From IMG/VR virus record IMGVR_UViG_3300048578_000320, positions 1 to 36,835 of that record: a DNA stretch of 36,835 nt. One strand, 5' to 3'. Origin of the DNA: a virus. Lineage: Duplodnaviria > Caudoviricetes. Position numbers and translations under genes: made by a program. Every line of letters begins with the position of its first letter. Within the stretch, counting starts at the first letter, position 1. Shown here one piece after another: positions 1-7,448 of this stretch. The notes under the pieces were generated by a model, which saw nothing but the letters and a program-made list of their open reading frames with translations, searched no databases and had not been told where the DNA came from.

Positions 1-819
1 CTAGAACAGCCCGCCCATCACCCCGGGCTCGTAGTTCGTTATCACCAGCTCTCGGCTCTCCCCAGGGGCGCCCTGATTGCTCCCTAAGCTGTATTTGATC
101 CCCAGCTCGTGAAACACCTGGCCGGCGAATGCCTGGCGGATGTCCGGGTGGTCGTTGATGCTCACCATCATCTTGCCCTTGCAGCTCCCCATGGCCTTGG
201 CCATGGCCTCGTACTCTTCAAAGGGGAATGGGACGCCGTAGCCCTCGGTCTGCCAGTAGGGCGGGTCTGCATAGAAGAAGGTATGGGGCCGGTCATACTT
301 GGCCAAGCAGTCCTTCCAGGGCAGGTTTTCCACCGTTGTTCCGCCAGCCAGCCGGAGGTGTGCCCCGGATAGGTTTTCCTCGATACGCAGGAGATTGACG
401 GTCGGGGCCGTGGTGAACGTGCCGAAGGTCTGGCCATCCACCTTTCCGCCGAAGGCATGGTGCTGCAGGTAGAAGAAGCGGGCCGCCCGCTGGATGTCGG
501 TCATGGTTTCCGGCTTGGTCTCCTGCATCCACTTGAAGACCTGGCGGGAGGACAGCGCCCACTTGAACTGCCGGACGAACTCTTCCAGGTGGTGCTGGAC
601 CACCCGGTAGAGATTCACCAGCTCGCCGTTGATGTCGTTGATGACTTCGCAGTTTGCCGGTACCGGCCGGAGGAAGTAGAGGGCGGCGCCACCGCAGAAC
701 AGTTCCACATAGCACTCGTGCTGGGGGAACAAGGGGATCAGCCGGTCGGCCAGGCGGCGCTTGCCGCCGAGCCAGGGGATGATGGGGTTTGCCGGATTGT
801 TAAGGAACGGGGTTGTCAT
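1..819 (-). CDS. Dam-family (D12 class) N6-adenine DNA methyltransferase at the mom position
   Basis: PWLGGKRRLA, ELFCGGAA (motif I), INDIN, FYADPPY (motif IV). Start placed at ATG 819 behind SD AAGGAGAG. Confidence 0.92.
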   Translation of the reverse strand: MTTPFLNNPANPIIPWLGGKRRLADRLIPLFPQHECYVELFCGGAALYFLRPVPANCEVINDINGELVNLYRVVQHHLEEFVRQFKWALSSRQVFKWMQETKPETMTDIQRAARFFYLQHHAFGGKVDGQTFGTFTTAPTVNLLRIEENLSGAHLRLAGGTTVENLPWKDCLAKYDRPHTFFYADPPYWQTEGYGVPFPFEEYEAMAKAMGSCKGKMMVSINDHPDIRQAFAGQVFHELGIKYSLGSNQGAPGESRELVITNYEPGVMGGLF

Positions 820-985
820 TGAGTCTCTCCTTTCGCGCACTTGGCGCGGAATTGGGAGGCTCAATGGCCTTCAGTACATTCATCAGCCCACAGCGTGGGC
901 ACTTGATGGCCAGGCGCCGGTAATCGGCTTCGGCCAGCTTCTTGTTGCACTTCGTACAGCGAACTTCTTTCACGATAACGCCCAT
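800..985 (-). CDS. com: Com-family zinc-ribbon translational regulator
   Basis: EVRCTKCNKKLA...IKCPRCG (CxxC...CPxC); overlaps the 5' end of the methyltransferase as Mu com overlaps mom; start may be GTG 973. Confidence 0.9.
   Translation of the reverse strand: MGVIVKEVRCTKCNKKLAEADYRRLAIKCPRCGLMNVLKAIEPPNSAPSARKERLNDNPVP
817..866 (-). promoter_or_regulatory. mRNA hairpin sequestering methyltransferase SD and AUG (TIS-like)
   Basis: mRNA CAUUGAG-CCUCC...GGAG-AGA-CUCAAUG; CAUUGAG pairs with CUCAAUG (includes AUG), CUCC pairs with GGAG; inner CGCGC/GUGCG stem. Confidence 0.65.
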
Positions 986-1000
986 ATGTTAGGCTTCGGC

Positions 1001-1107
1001 CCGCCGTGTGCACGGTAACGGTGCCTTGGCCAAACGCAGGCTGCATCTGCCGGCGGTGGCTGCAATGAGTGCTCCAACACTTATTGCGGTCGCACCGTTC
1101 TTTCCTT
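1001..1107 (+). ncRNA. Candidate structured small RNA divergent from com
   Basis: Closing stem AACGGTGC 1017-1024 / GCACCGTT 1092-1099; 14-16 bp hairpin 1056-1093 whose non-Watson-Crick pairs are all G-U on the + strand; GCAG/CTGC hairpin; extended -10 TGtTAGGCT 987-995; pyrimidine tail. Confidence 0.55.
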
Positions 1108-1110
1108 CAT

Positions 1111-1267
1111 GGCTACAACACAAAAGCGGGCCTAATCGTCAGGCCGTGGCCCGGAGTTCCTTTTGGTCTTGGCCGTCATGCTCGTATCGGCTCAGTGAAT
1201 TTCGGGTCTTGATTACCTACGGACTTTGCATCGGGGCGCGCCCCGCCGCCGCTTTTGTCTTGATGCC
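1111..1267. repeat. Non-coding element bounded by 19-nt imperfect inverted repeats, with internal hairpins
   Basis: GGCTACAACACAAAAGCGG 1111-1129 versus CCGCTTTTGTCTTGATGCC 1249-1267 (16/19, 10 contiguous); internal GGCCT/AGGCC and CGGGGCGCGCCCCG; GTCTTG at 1176, 1206, 1257. Confidence 0.6.
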
Positions 1268-1277
1268 TCTCCTTCCT

Positions 1278-1496
1278 CTACACCGGGTAGCTCCTAGAAG
1301 CCTGGGGCGCACGTGTCACCGTTCCGGCATCCAGCTTTACCCGGTCTCCTAGCGCGACCTGGCCGACGACCCGCCCATTGGCCAGCCCGTTCCGAGTGGC
1401 CACTTTGGCTACTCCGCCAATGATGGCCACAACTACCCCAGTGGTAGCTGCCTGGGGGATCAGGAGCCGGCGCAGCTCACCTAGCGGGTGTCTCAT
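1278..1496 (-). CDS. Small distal tail-module protein (beta-rich, OB-fold-like)
   Basis: 72 aa, coupled to upstream ORF; GVVVAIIGGVAKVAT...GDRV pattern. Confidence 0.6.
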   Translation of the reverse strand: MRHPLGELRRLLIPQAATTGVVVAIIGGVAKVATRNGLANGRVVGQVALGDRVKLDAGTVTRAPQASRSYPV

Positions 1497-1792
1497 AGCT
1501 TGGGGCGCTCCACGCCCAGGGTGGCGGTGCTACGCACCCCGTCTGCGGCAAAGGTGACGCTGACGACACGACCGACCCACGGGCTCCTGCCGACCGGCTC
1601 ATTGACGATGAGCCGGCCCGGCAACATGCCGACCTTGGCAACCCCAGTTAGGGTCAGCGCTTCCCTCTGGTGGGCTCGATCATTCAGCTCTGCCCAAGCC
1701 CGCTCGATGAGGGCGGCCTCCCCAGACAGAAGCGACGCTTCCACATCATCACCGGGGCGGTCACCAGCGCCGCGATAGGCTTCAATCCGCAT
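1493..1792 (-). CDS. Distal tail-module protein (resembles hub C-terminal domain)
   Basis: 99 aa, overlapping neighbours; LIERAWAELN...MLPGRLIV...GRVVSVT. Confidence 0.6.
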   Translation of the reverse strand: MRIEAYRGAGDRPGDDVEASLLSGEAALIERAWAELNDRAHQREALTLTGVAKVGMLPGRLIVNEPVGRSPWVGRVVSVTFAADGVRSTATLGVERPKL

Positions 1793-2297
1793 CGGATTCC
1801 CCGCCCGGCCGACTGCCCTTTATCAGGACCAGAACATCGAAATCGACCTCCCCGTTTATCTGCGTCGGACTCTTTAGGCCAAAGGAAACCGCTTTTGCCA
1901 CATAGGTGACCCGGGCAATTGCAACGCCGGTTGTCGGCGCCGTCATGGTCATGCCGTCATCCGACAAGGTGAGGTCACCAAGGGAGCGGCCGACCCACAC
2001 CACAGTGCCCAGGGAGACCGCAGGGACGGGGAGAGTCGCCGTTTTTGAATTCTCAAAGCTAACCGACTCGGTTCTAACCAGCGTTACCTCGGAACCCACT
2101 TCAAAGCTCCCGGCGGAAGAGTCCAACTCCAGCTCGATGCCGGCAGAGCGGAAGACCAGGAACCAGGCCGTATCCCCCGCAAGGAAAGAGGTCTTGCCGT
2201 TATTCGGCCCGCCGACACGATCATCGACCTCTGCAGAAAGATGGTCACCGGCATTGATCCCAGCACCGAACTGAACTCGTACGGTAGCGTTACTCAT
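1782..2297 (-). CDS. Distal tail-module protein
   Basis: MSNATVRVQFG start behind SD GGAGG; beta-rich; coupled to neighbours. Confidence 0.7.
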   Translation of the reverse strand: MSNATVRVQFGAGINAGDHLSAEVDDRVGGPNNGKTSFLAGDTAWFLVFRSAGIELELDSSAGSFEVGSEVTLVRTESVSFENSKTATLPVPAVSLGTVVWVGRSLGDLTLSDDGMTMTAPTTGVAIARVTYVAKAVSFGLKSPTQINGEVDFDVLVLIKGSRPGGESDAD

Positions 2298-3738
2298 CAT
2301 CGTCCTCCAGAACGAACTGCACCTCTTCACCGGTCGGCGACGTTACCGACCAGACATAGGCACGTGTCAAATAGCGGATGGTGGCCAGGCTGTAGCCCAG
2401 GCCAAAAGCGGCCGTCAGCGCACCGCCATCCTGCAGGGTGACGCCGCCAAGACTGAAGTACTTCCATTGCACTTCCACGATGGACAGAGCAGGCTTACCC
2501 AGGGAGGCCTGGCCATCCTTGAATTCCACAGTCTCCTCCACCTCCCACTCCCGGACGCCTTTAGGGACAACCGAAACCTCGGGGCGGCCGGTATGCACCA
2601 GGCGAACCTCCCGCCAGGGCTGCGGCCAGGCCCTGACCGTGCCAGCGAGGGCATTCGTATCGTCCGCCTCGAATTCCACCTTGTCCTGGGATGAGGATGC
2701 CGTGGTATTTCCATCGGCGACGGTCAAACGATTGACGATTTCCACGTGCACCACAGAAGTGCTGCGGACAGTCATTTCCGAGTCTTGCACCACCAGGTCA
2801 GGAACCGCATGGGCGAACTCTGGTGGAGGTACCGGGTAACGGCGCCGGGCCACTGCAGCTCCGTCTGGGGTCGATTCGAGCAGGCCGCCGATGGCCTCAA
2901 CGATGGAGCGGGCCGCAGCCAGCGGCGTAGTCGAGGTAAACACCAAGCCGGCCGCCGGCAACGTCCAGTCTGGAATCTGCCAGGTCAGCGACGCCACCGG
3001 ACTTAGAAGCTCTTCAACGGCCTCTCTGGCCGTGGTGCCGGCGGGGAAGTACAGATTCCCCGACTGGTGGTATGGCGTGTCCGCCCACGCCAGGGGAGAG
3101 GACGCCTTGACTCCCCACCGGCGCTGTTCAGGGCCTTGCTCATCTTCGGTGGTCTGATCGACACGGAGGGAAAACACATAACCGCACAGCGTCAGCGTCA
3201 GCGATTCTCCGATCTCGAACTGGGTAAAGTCCTCTGCACTACCGAGCGTAATGTCGGCAACCCACAGTGGCGATCCCTCAGCCATGGTGACGCTGGCCCG
3301 CAATGGCCGCAGCCAGCGCCCGTTGCCGGCGATCAGCTCGACTCCGCCCTGTACTACCTGCCCCTGTCTCTGGTTGGACCAACCGAGGCGACACCGAACT
3401 GCAGCCTGGTGCAAGTTGCGCAACGACCAACACAGATTGAAGGCCCCTCCCACGGGAATCGTAGAAGACCAGGGGGCGTATAGCTGTCGAGAGATGGCCT
3501 TTGTATTTGCCCAGCTGGCACTTAAGCGGCGGGCGATCGACATACCCCAGGGCGCGTTCCACCTGATCGCAAGGGCCTCGGCATATGGGAAGACGGCAGA
3601 GGCACAGACCACCTCCTGGATTTTATATGGCGCGGCGAACGATACGCGTACCGGTGTTGTTTCCGGCCCGTCCCTATCGTCGGGAACGGTCAGCAGCAGA
3701 GAGGAAATCCCACCGTAGTGGGGCCAATCGGTAATCAT
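2290..3738 (-). CDS. Putative tail-tip/baseplate hub protein
   Basis: 482 aa; hub-like pattern (LTWQIPDW..TPLAAARSIVEAIGGLLESTPDG..VNRLTV); position after tape measure. Confidence 0.6.
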   Translation of the reverse strand: MITDWPHYGGISSLLLTVPDDRDGPETTPVRVSFAAPYKIQEVVCASAVFPYAEALAIRWNAPWGMSIARRLSASWANTKAISRQLYAPWSSTIPVGGAFNLCWSLRNLHQAAVRCRLGWSNQRQGQVVQGGVELIAGNGRWLRPLRASVTMAEGSPLWVADITLGSAEDFTQFEIGESLTLTLCGYVFSLRVDQTTEDEQGPEQRRWGVKASSPLAWADTPYHQSGNLYFPAGTTAREAVEELLSPVASLTWQIPDWTLPAAGLVFTSTTPLAAARSIVEAIGGLLESTPDGAAVARRRYPVPPPEFAHAVPDLVVQDSEMTVRSTSVVHVEIVNRLTVADGNTTASSSQDKVEFEADDTNALAGTVRAWPQPWREVRLVHTGRPEVSVVPKGVREWEVEETVEFKDGQASLGKPALSIVEVQWKYFSLGGVTLQDGGALTAAFGLGYSLATIRYLTRAYVWSVTSPTGEEVQFVLEDDDE

Positions 3739-4640
3739 AGGGAATCGAAACTTCCCGGAGCCCTGACCAGGATCGTCATGGAGAGGTTTTTCTCGTAGGC
3801 ATCGGGATCCGAGATAATCGGTTCAGCCGCCGGGTAGTTCAAAACGTACCAGCCGGGAACAGGGGAATCCCCATAGGAAAATCCCCGCGTTCCAATCATC
3901 ACATCCATCCCTTCCCCAGCCATGGCGCAGCCTAGGCTTTGTTGTACGCCGGCAAATACGGGGCCAATGGCTCGACCCATCGCACCTGCTATCAGTGGGG
4001 CCTCTGTATTGATTGGGGTCCAGCAGTTCGTACTGGTCAGTATCAACTGATCAAGCACCAGTCCTTGGTCCAAGCCAGCCACATCCCATTTCAGGGGGCT
4101 GGGCGCACGAAACGACCGGACCCCATTGCCCTTGGATGCAAAGAACAGCCAGAATCGGCCGACGACCCCAGAGTAGTGATCGGCCATAACACGGCTCTCC
4201 CGAGTCCCCCCCATGATCTGAGCCCAGCCTTCATCAGCAACCTCTGCCACGACCCACCAGAAGCCGAGGACACCATCGAAGCACCCACGAACCGTGACCG
4301 GCATATTCACATAGGATGAAGAAAAAACGCCCGAACCGATGAAATCGCAGGGATTTGGGAACGGCTCTTCGGACATCGTCCAAGCGGCATTCTCGGCATA
4401 GGGATACCAGGCATCTGCCGCATACTCGTTAGGCTTATGGCGGCGGACGGACCAGCGCGGCCGGTCCTCCTCGTGCTCAAAAGTACCGGCCTGGCACCAA
4501 AAGGAAAACTGGGTCTCCGTGTCGGCATAAACGGCAAACCCGGCCAGCTGGGCATATTGGCGGATCATGGCGACGATGCCGGTGTCGGCCGCGGCGGCAG
4601 CCCCGGTAGCGAAGGTTTTGACGAATCCGACCCGGGCCAT
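3735..4640 (-). CDS. Hypothetical tail protein, candidate receptor-binding protein
   Basis: 301 aa, Trp/aromatic-rich, coupled within tail operon, no recognised motif. Confidence 0.55.
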   Translation of the reverse strand: MARVGFVKTFATGAAAAADTGIVAMIRQYAQLAGFAVYADTETQFSFWCQAGTFEHEEDRPRWSVRRHKPNEYAADAWYPYAENAAWTMSEEPFPNPCDFIGSGVFSSSYVNMPVTVRGCFDGVLGFWWVVAEVADEGWAQIMGGTRESRVMADHYSGVVGRFWLFFASKGNGVRSFRAPSPLKWDVAGLDQGLVLDQLILTSTNCWTPINTEAPLIAGAMGRAIGPVFAGVQQSLGCAMAGEGMDVMIGTRGFSYGDSPVPGWYVLNYPAAEPIISDPDAYEKNLSMTILVRAPGSFDSL

Positions 4641-5639
4641 TTAAGCGCTCTCCCCTTGAATTCCAATCGTTACCGAGTCCACACCGATGGAACCGGCCCC
4701 ACCTGGGACAACACGGCGCAGCCATAGCGGGATAGCCGCCGGCTCGGTAGAAAAAGTCAGCGTGTCACCAGCGGTCCAGGTCCCGCTCCAGCCGCTTGAC
4801 GGGAGCGAGAAATAAACGCCGCCGGAAGGATTGACGGGGGAGAAGTCGGCGCTGACGTTGCCGTTCGCAACGCTGGCCCCCAGGGTGTCTCCATCAACGC
4901 GGAAGGCCTCCGAACTGGTGAAAGTAAGCGTCCAGTTCTGCAGGACAGAGCCCCGGTTACTGCTGGCGCCGGAACCACCGAAGTTTCCCGAGGCAGAAGT
5001 TTTTGACGGGGCCGACACCGAGGCATGCACCGATGCCAGGTTGATGATGCTGGCCACGGTAACCGGGCCCAGTGCCGGGTCGAAGGCGGTCCCGATCTGG
5101 TCGGCCAGGGTCACCGTAGCAACGGCGCCGGCCCACACCACGGCTTGCACAGTGCAATGCACATCGGAGCCGTTACCGCCGGTGGACGGCATGTTGGCCA
5201 CTCGCAGCTGATCCCCCAGCCGGATCGGCCGGTAGGTAGCGAAGTCTGCGTTCTCGAACTGGACCTGCAGCTCCGTTGCGGTATCGACGACTGGAGCGAT
5301 CAGGCGCCCGACGCCATAGGGGCGCCCGATCACCGCCTCCTGAGTGTCGCTATGGCTACCCGGGTAGAGCAGCACAAAATCGTCGCCGGGGGTAACGTCC
5401 TCGAGGAAGACCCGGGCATCGAGTAAGGCAGTCTCTGCCGCACTGGCCACGTGCAAAAACACCTTGCGGAAATGATCGGCACCGGCAAGACGTTGAGCCT
5501 GGGTAACGTCTGGGAAGAGGTTGTTTTTTACGGCCGAAACGATGGGGGCCGAAGTCATACGGCCGCCGTTCTGGGCCGGGGTCGTATCGGATACCAGGGC
5601 GGCGCGACGGAAAATCAGTTCATTACCGGAAATTGGCAT
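4641..5639 (-). CDS. Phage tail-tip structural protein
   Basis: 332 aa; NGGRMTS...NNLFPDV...FRKVF and IPLWLRRVVP motifs typical of a phage tail protein family; SD GAGGA. Confidence 0.7.
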   Translation of the reverse strand: MPISGNELIFRRAALVSDTTPAQNGGRMTSAPIVSAVKNNLFPDVTQAQRLAGADHFRKVFLHVASAAETALLDARVFLEDVTPGDDFVLLYPGSHSDTQEAVIGRPYGVGRLIAPVVDTATELQVQFENADFATYRPIRLGDQLRVANMPSTGGNGSDVHCTVQAVVWAGAVATVTLADQIGTAFDPALGPVTVASIINLASVHASVSAPSKTSASGNFGGSGASSNRGSVLQNWTLTFTSSEAFRVDGDTLGASVANGNVSADFSPVNPSGGVYFSLPSSGWSGTWTAGDTLTFSTEPAAIPLWLRRVVPGGAGSIGVDSVTIGIQGESA

Positions 5640-5649
5640 GAGTAGTCCT

Positions 5650-6021
5650 CTACAGAGTTTTGAGCTTGATAGTCACGGTGTAGTAATCCGTTGGCTCCGG
5701 GCGGGCCAATGGGAATACGGGAGTGGCGGAGAAGGCGGGCACCTCTTCGTGCCGGAATCGGACCTGATAGGGGATGTCCCGCAAGACCAGGAGAAACGAT
5801 CCGTCGGCCTGGCTGGCCAGGGCCTGTAGCGCTTCAACATCAAGACGTTTCAAGCCGGCGCCGGATTCAAGGGTGATGGGGCGCCCACCATTGAGGGCCG
5901 CCGCATTGGTGATTTCGCTTCCATCCAGAGCCCGATCTGTAGAACCGGATACCGGCTGCCACATGAACTCATCGACCCAGATCAGGCCATCGGGAAGGAA
6001 TAGGGAATCCAGTCGAATCAT
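5650..6021 (-). CDS. Putative distal tail (Dit-like) protein
   Basis: 123 aa; LPDGLIWVDEF.W.PV..RALDG..GRPITL motif. Confidence 0.65.
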   Translation of the reverse strand: MIRLDSLFLPDGLIWVDEFMWQPVSGSTDRALDGSEITNAAALNGGRPITLESGAGLKRLDVEALQALASQADGSFLLVLRDIPYQVRFRHEEVPAFSATPVFPLARPEPTDYYTVTIKLKTL

Positions 6022-7448
6022 ATTGTGACCTCGGCGAAACCACTGCCCATGCCGCCATTCAGCGAATATGAAATCACCATGTTGGAAACAAGCTGACTAT
6101 CAGGCGGCAGCGGGCCGTGGCCATAAATAACGAAATAGCCTTGAGAAAGGGGAATATCAACCGATGTACCGGGTGCAATGGCCTGCTTAGGTTCGGCGGC
6201 CCCGAGTAGGTATGAACTCTGGCCGGGGAATAGGTAATTGACGGTCAGCACTACACGGTCGAGTGTTACCGAAAATGGCCAGGGATTCCGGAGACGGACC
6301 CTCCCACCGGCAGGCCACTGGATGGAGAACCACCAGAGGGCAGGACCGGCCTGCTGTGTCCTAGAAACGTAGTGTCGATCAAGCAGGGTGACCGCCATGT
6401 CGTTGGGGTCCCAGACATCGAACGCAACCAGGTGCGTCCCCGTCGAGGGGCGCCCATTCCCAATATCGGCGGAGGTGACGTGCAGCTCTCCTGCCGGATA
6501 TAGGATTGTTTTGTTCCAGTCGCTACCCCGGCGCAGGGAGTACGGACCGGAGAAGGATGGGGAAAAATCGAGATAAAACCGGTATGTCCCTGCTTGGGGA
6601 GCACGGTCGATAACATCAATGCCGTAGGGACCAATGCTTGAAAGTTGGACTGTCAGCTCGCCAGGGATCAATGACTGATGACTGACGTGCTTCTGAATAA
6701 CCGATCCATCCGGGCGCTCGAGCGATGCCGTAAATCTGGTGGCATCGGCCAATTCCGGGTAAAGGATCAATCCGTCCTCGTCCTGCAAGCGCCACTCCGG
6801 AAGCGTAGGAGGGGGCGGACGATAGGACACTTCATCGACAGAAAAATTACCGCAGGGCAGCACCACGCTCTGATTACCGTTTGTGATGCTCACCAGCATC
6901 TCGCCCCTGCTGATGAAGAGCGGTGGCTCACCAGCCGCTCCGAAAAGTGAAAACGAGGAGGAATTTTTCAGCTTCGAGAAATCGAAAATGAGATTGAGCG
7001 CCGGCGATACCGAAGTAGCGAACAGCGACCGGTTGACCGGACCCAGTTGCCGGCTCACACCAAACGTGATCTTGTGCGCCGCCTGCAGGGCATTCCTATC
7101 CTGCACATCACCGGCGCGCCCCACGAGTTGGGTCTGCAGGCGGAGGCTTACACCACCCCGATCCGATCCCCCTGCCGGGGCTTCCGGGTTGTTGTAGCGT
7201 TCCCAGGCTTCCAGCATCCGATCCGATGCCTCCAGGTAGAAGCCGTAGCAGGTCTCCCGCGCAAATTTATTGGTTTGCATATGGGCCACCCACTCCGGCT
7301 TGAATGGAGAGCCAGCACCAAGACCGGGGGTATCGACCACCCATTCACCGAGAATCCACCGGTCGCCATCCGCCAGATAATCCCGAAGGTCCGTGCTGGG
7401 AGGCTGTCCCCGCCCGAAGTGAATTGAGAGAGAGGTCGGCCCCATCAT
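6018..7448 (-). CDS. Hypothetical tail protein directly after tape measure
   Basis: 476 aa; overlapping start/stop with both neighbours; visibly less GC-biased codons. Confidence 0.65.
   Translation of the reverse strand: MMGPTSLSIHFGRGQPPSTDLRDYLADGDRWILGEWVVDTPGLGAGSPFKPEWVAHMQTNKFARETCYGFYLEASDRMLEAWERYNNPEAPAGGSDRGGVSLRLQTQLVGRAGDVQDRNALQAAHKITFGVSRQLGPVNRSLFATSVSPALNLIFDFSKLKNSSSFSLFGAAGEPPLFISRGEMLVSITNGNQSVVLPCGNFSVDEVSYRPPPPTLPEWRLQDEDGLILYPELADATRFTASLERPDGSVIQKHVSHQSLIPGELTVQLSSIGPYGIDVIDRAPQAGTYRFYLDFSPSFSGPYSLRRGSDWNKTILYPAGELHVTSADIGNGRPSTGTHLVAFDVWDPNDMAVTLLDRHYVSRTQQAGPALWWFSIQWPAGGRVRLRNPWPFSVTLDRVVLTVNYLFPGQSSYLLGAAEPKQAIAPGTSVDIPLSQGYFVIYGHGPLPPDSQLVSNMVISYSLNGGMGSGFAEVTI

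Noticed and set aside
1130-1210. Hammerhead ribozyme (CTGACGA and GAAA on minus strand)
   Set aside because: Sequences flanking CTGACGA and GAAA cannot form stem II, and CTGACGA sits within its own hairpin
1111-1267. Retron msr-msd or DGR template
   Set aside because: No reverse transcriptase in the window and no adenine-variant repeat pair seen
1008-1352. 114-aa + strand ORF across the com upstream region
   Set aside because: No SD or protein-like features; the region is better explained by RNA structure
1477-1494. Fourth late-promoter copy (CGGGTGTC) as a Pmom equivalent
   Set aside because: Only the 8-nt core matches; the rest of the motif and a correctly spaced -10 are missing. The partial match near 26929 fails likewise
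1278-7448. Gin-type invertible host-range segment
   Set aside because: No serine recombinase, no inverted gene pair and no long flanking inverted repeats seen
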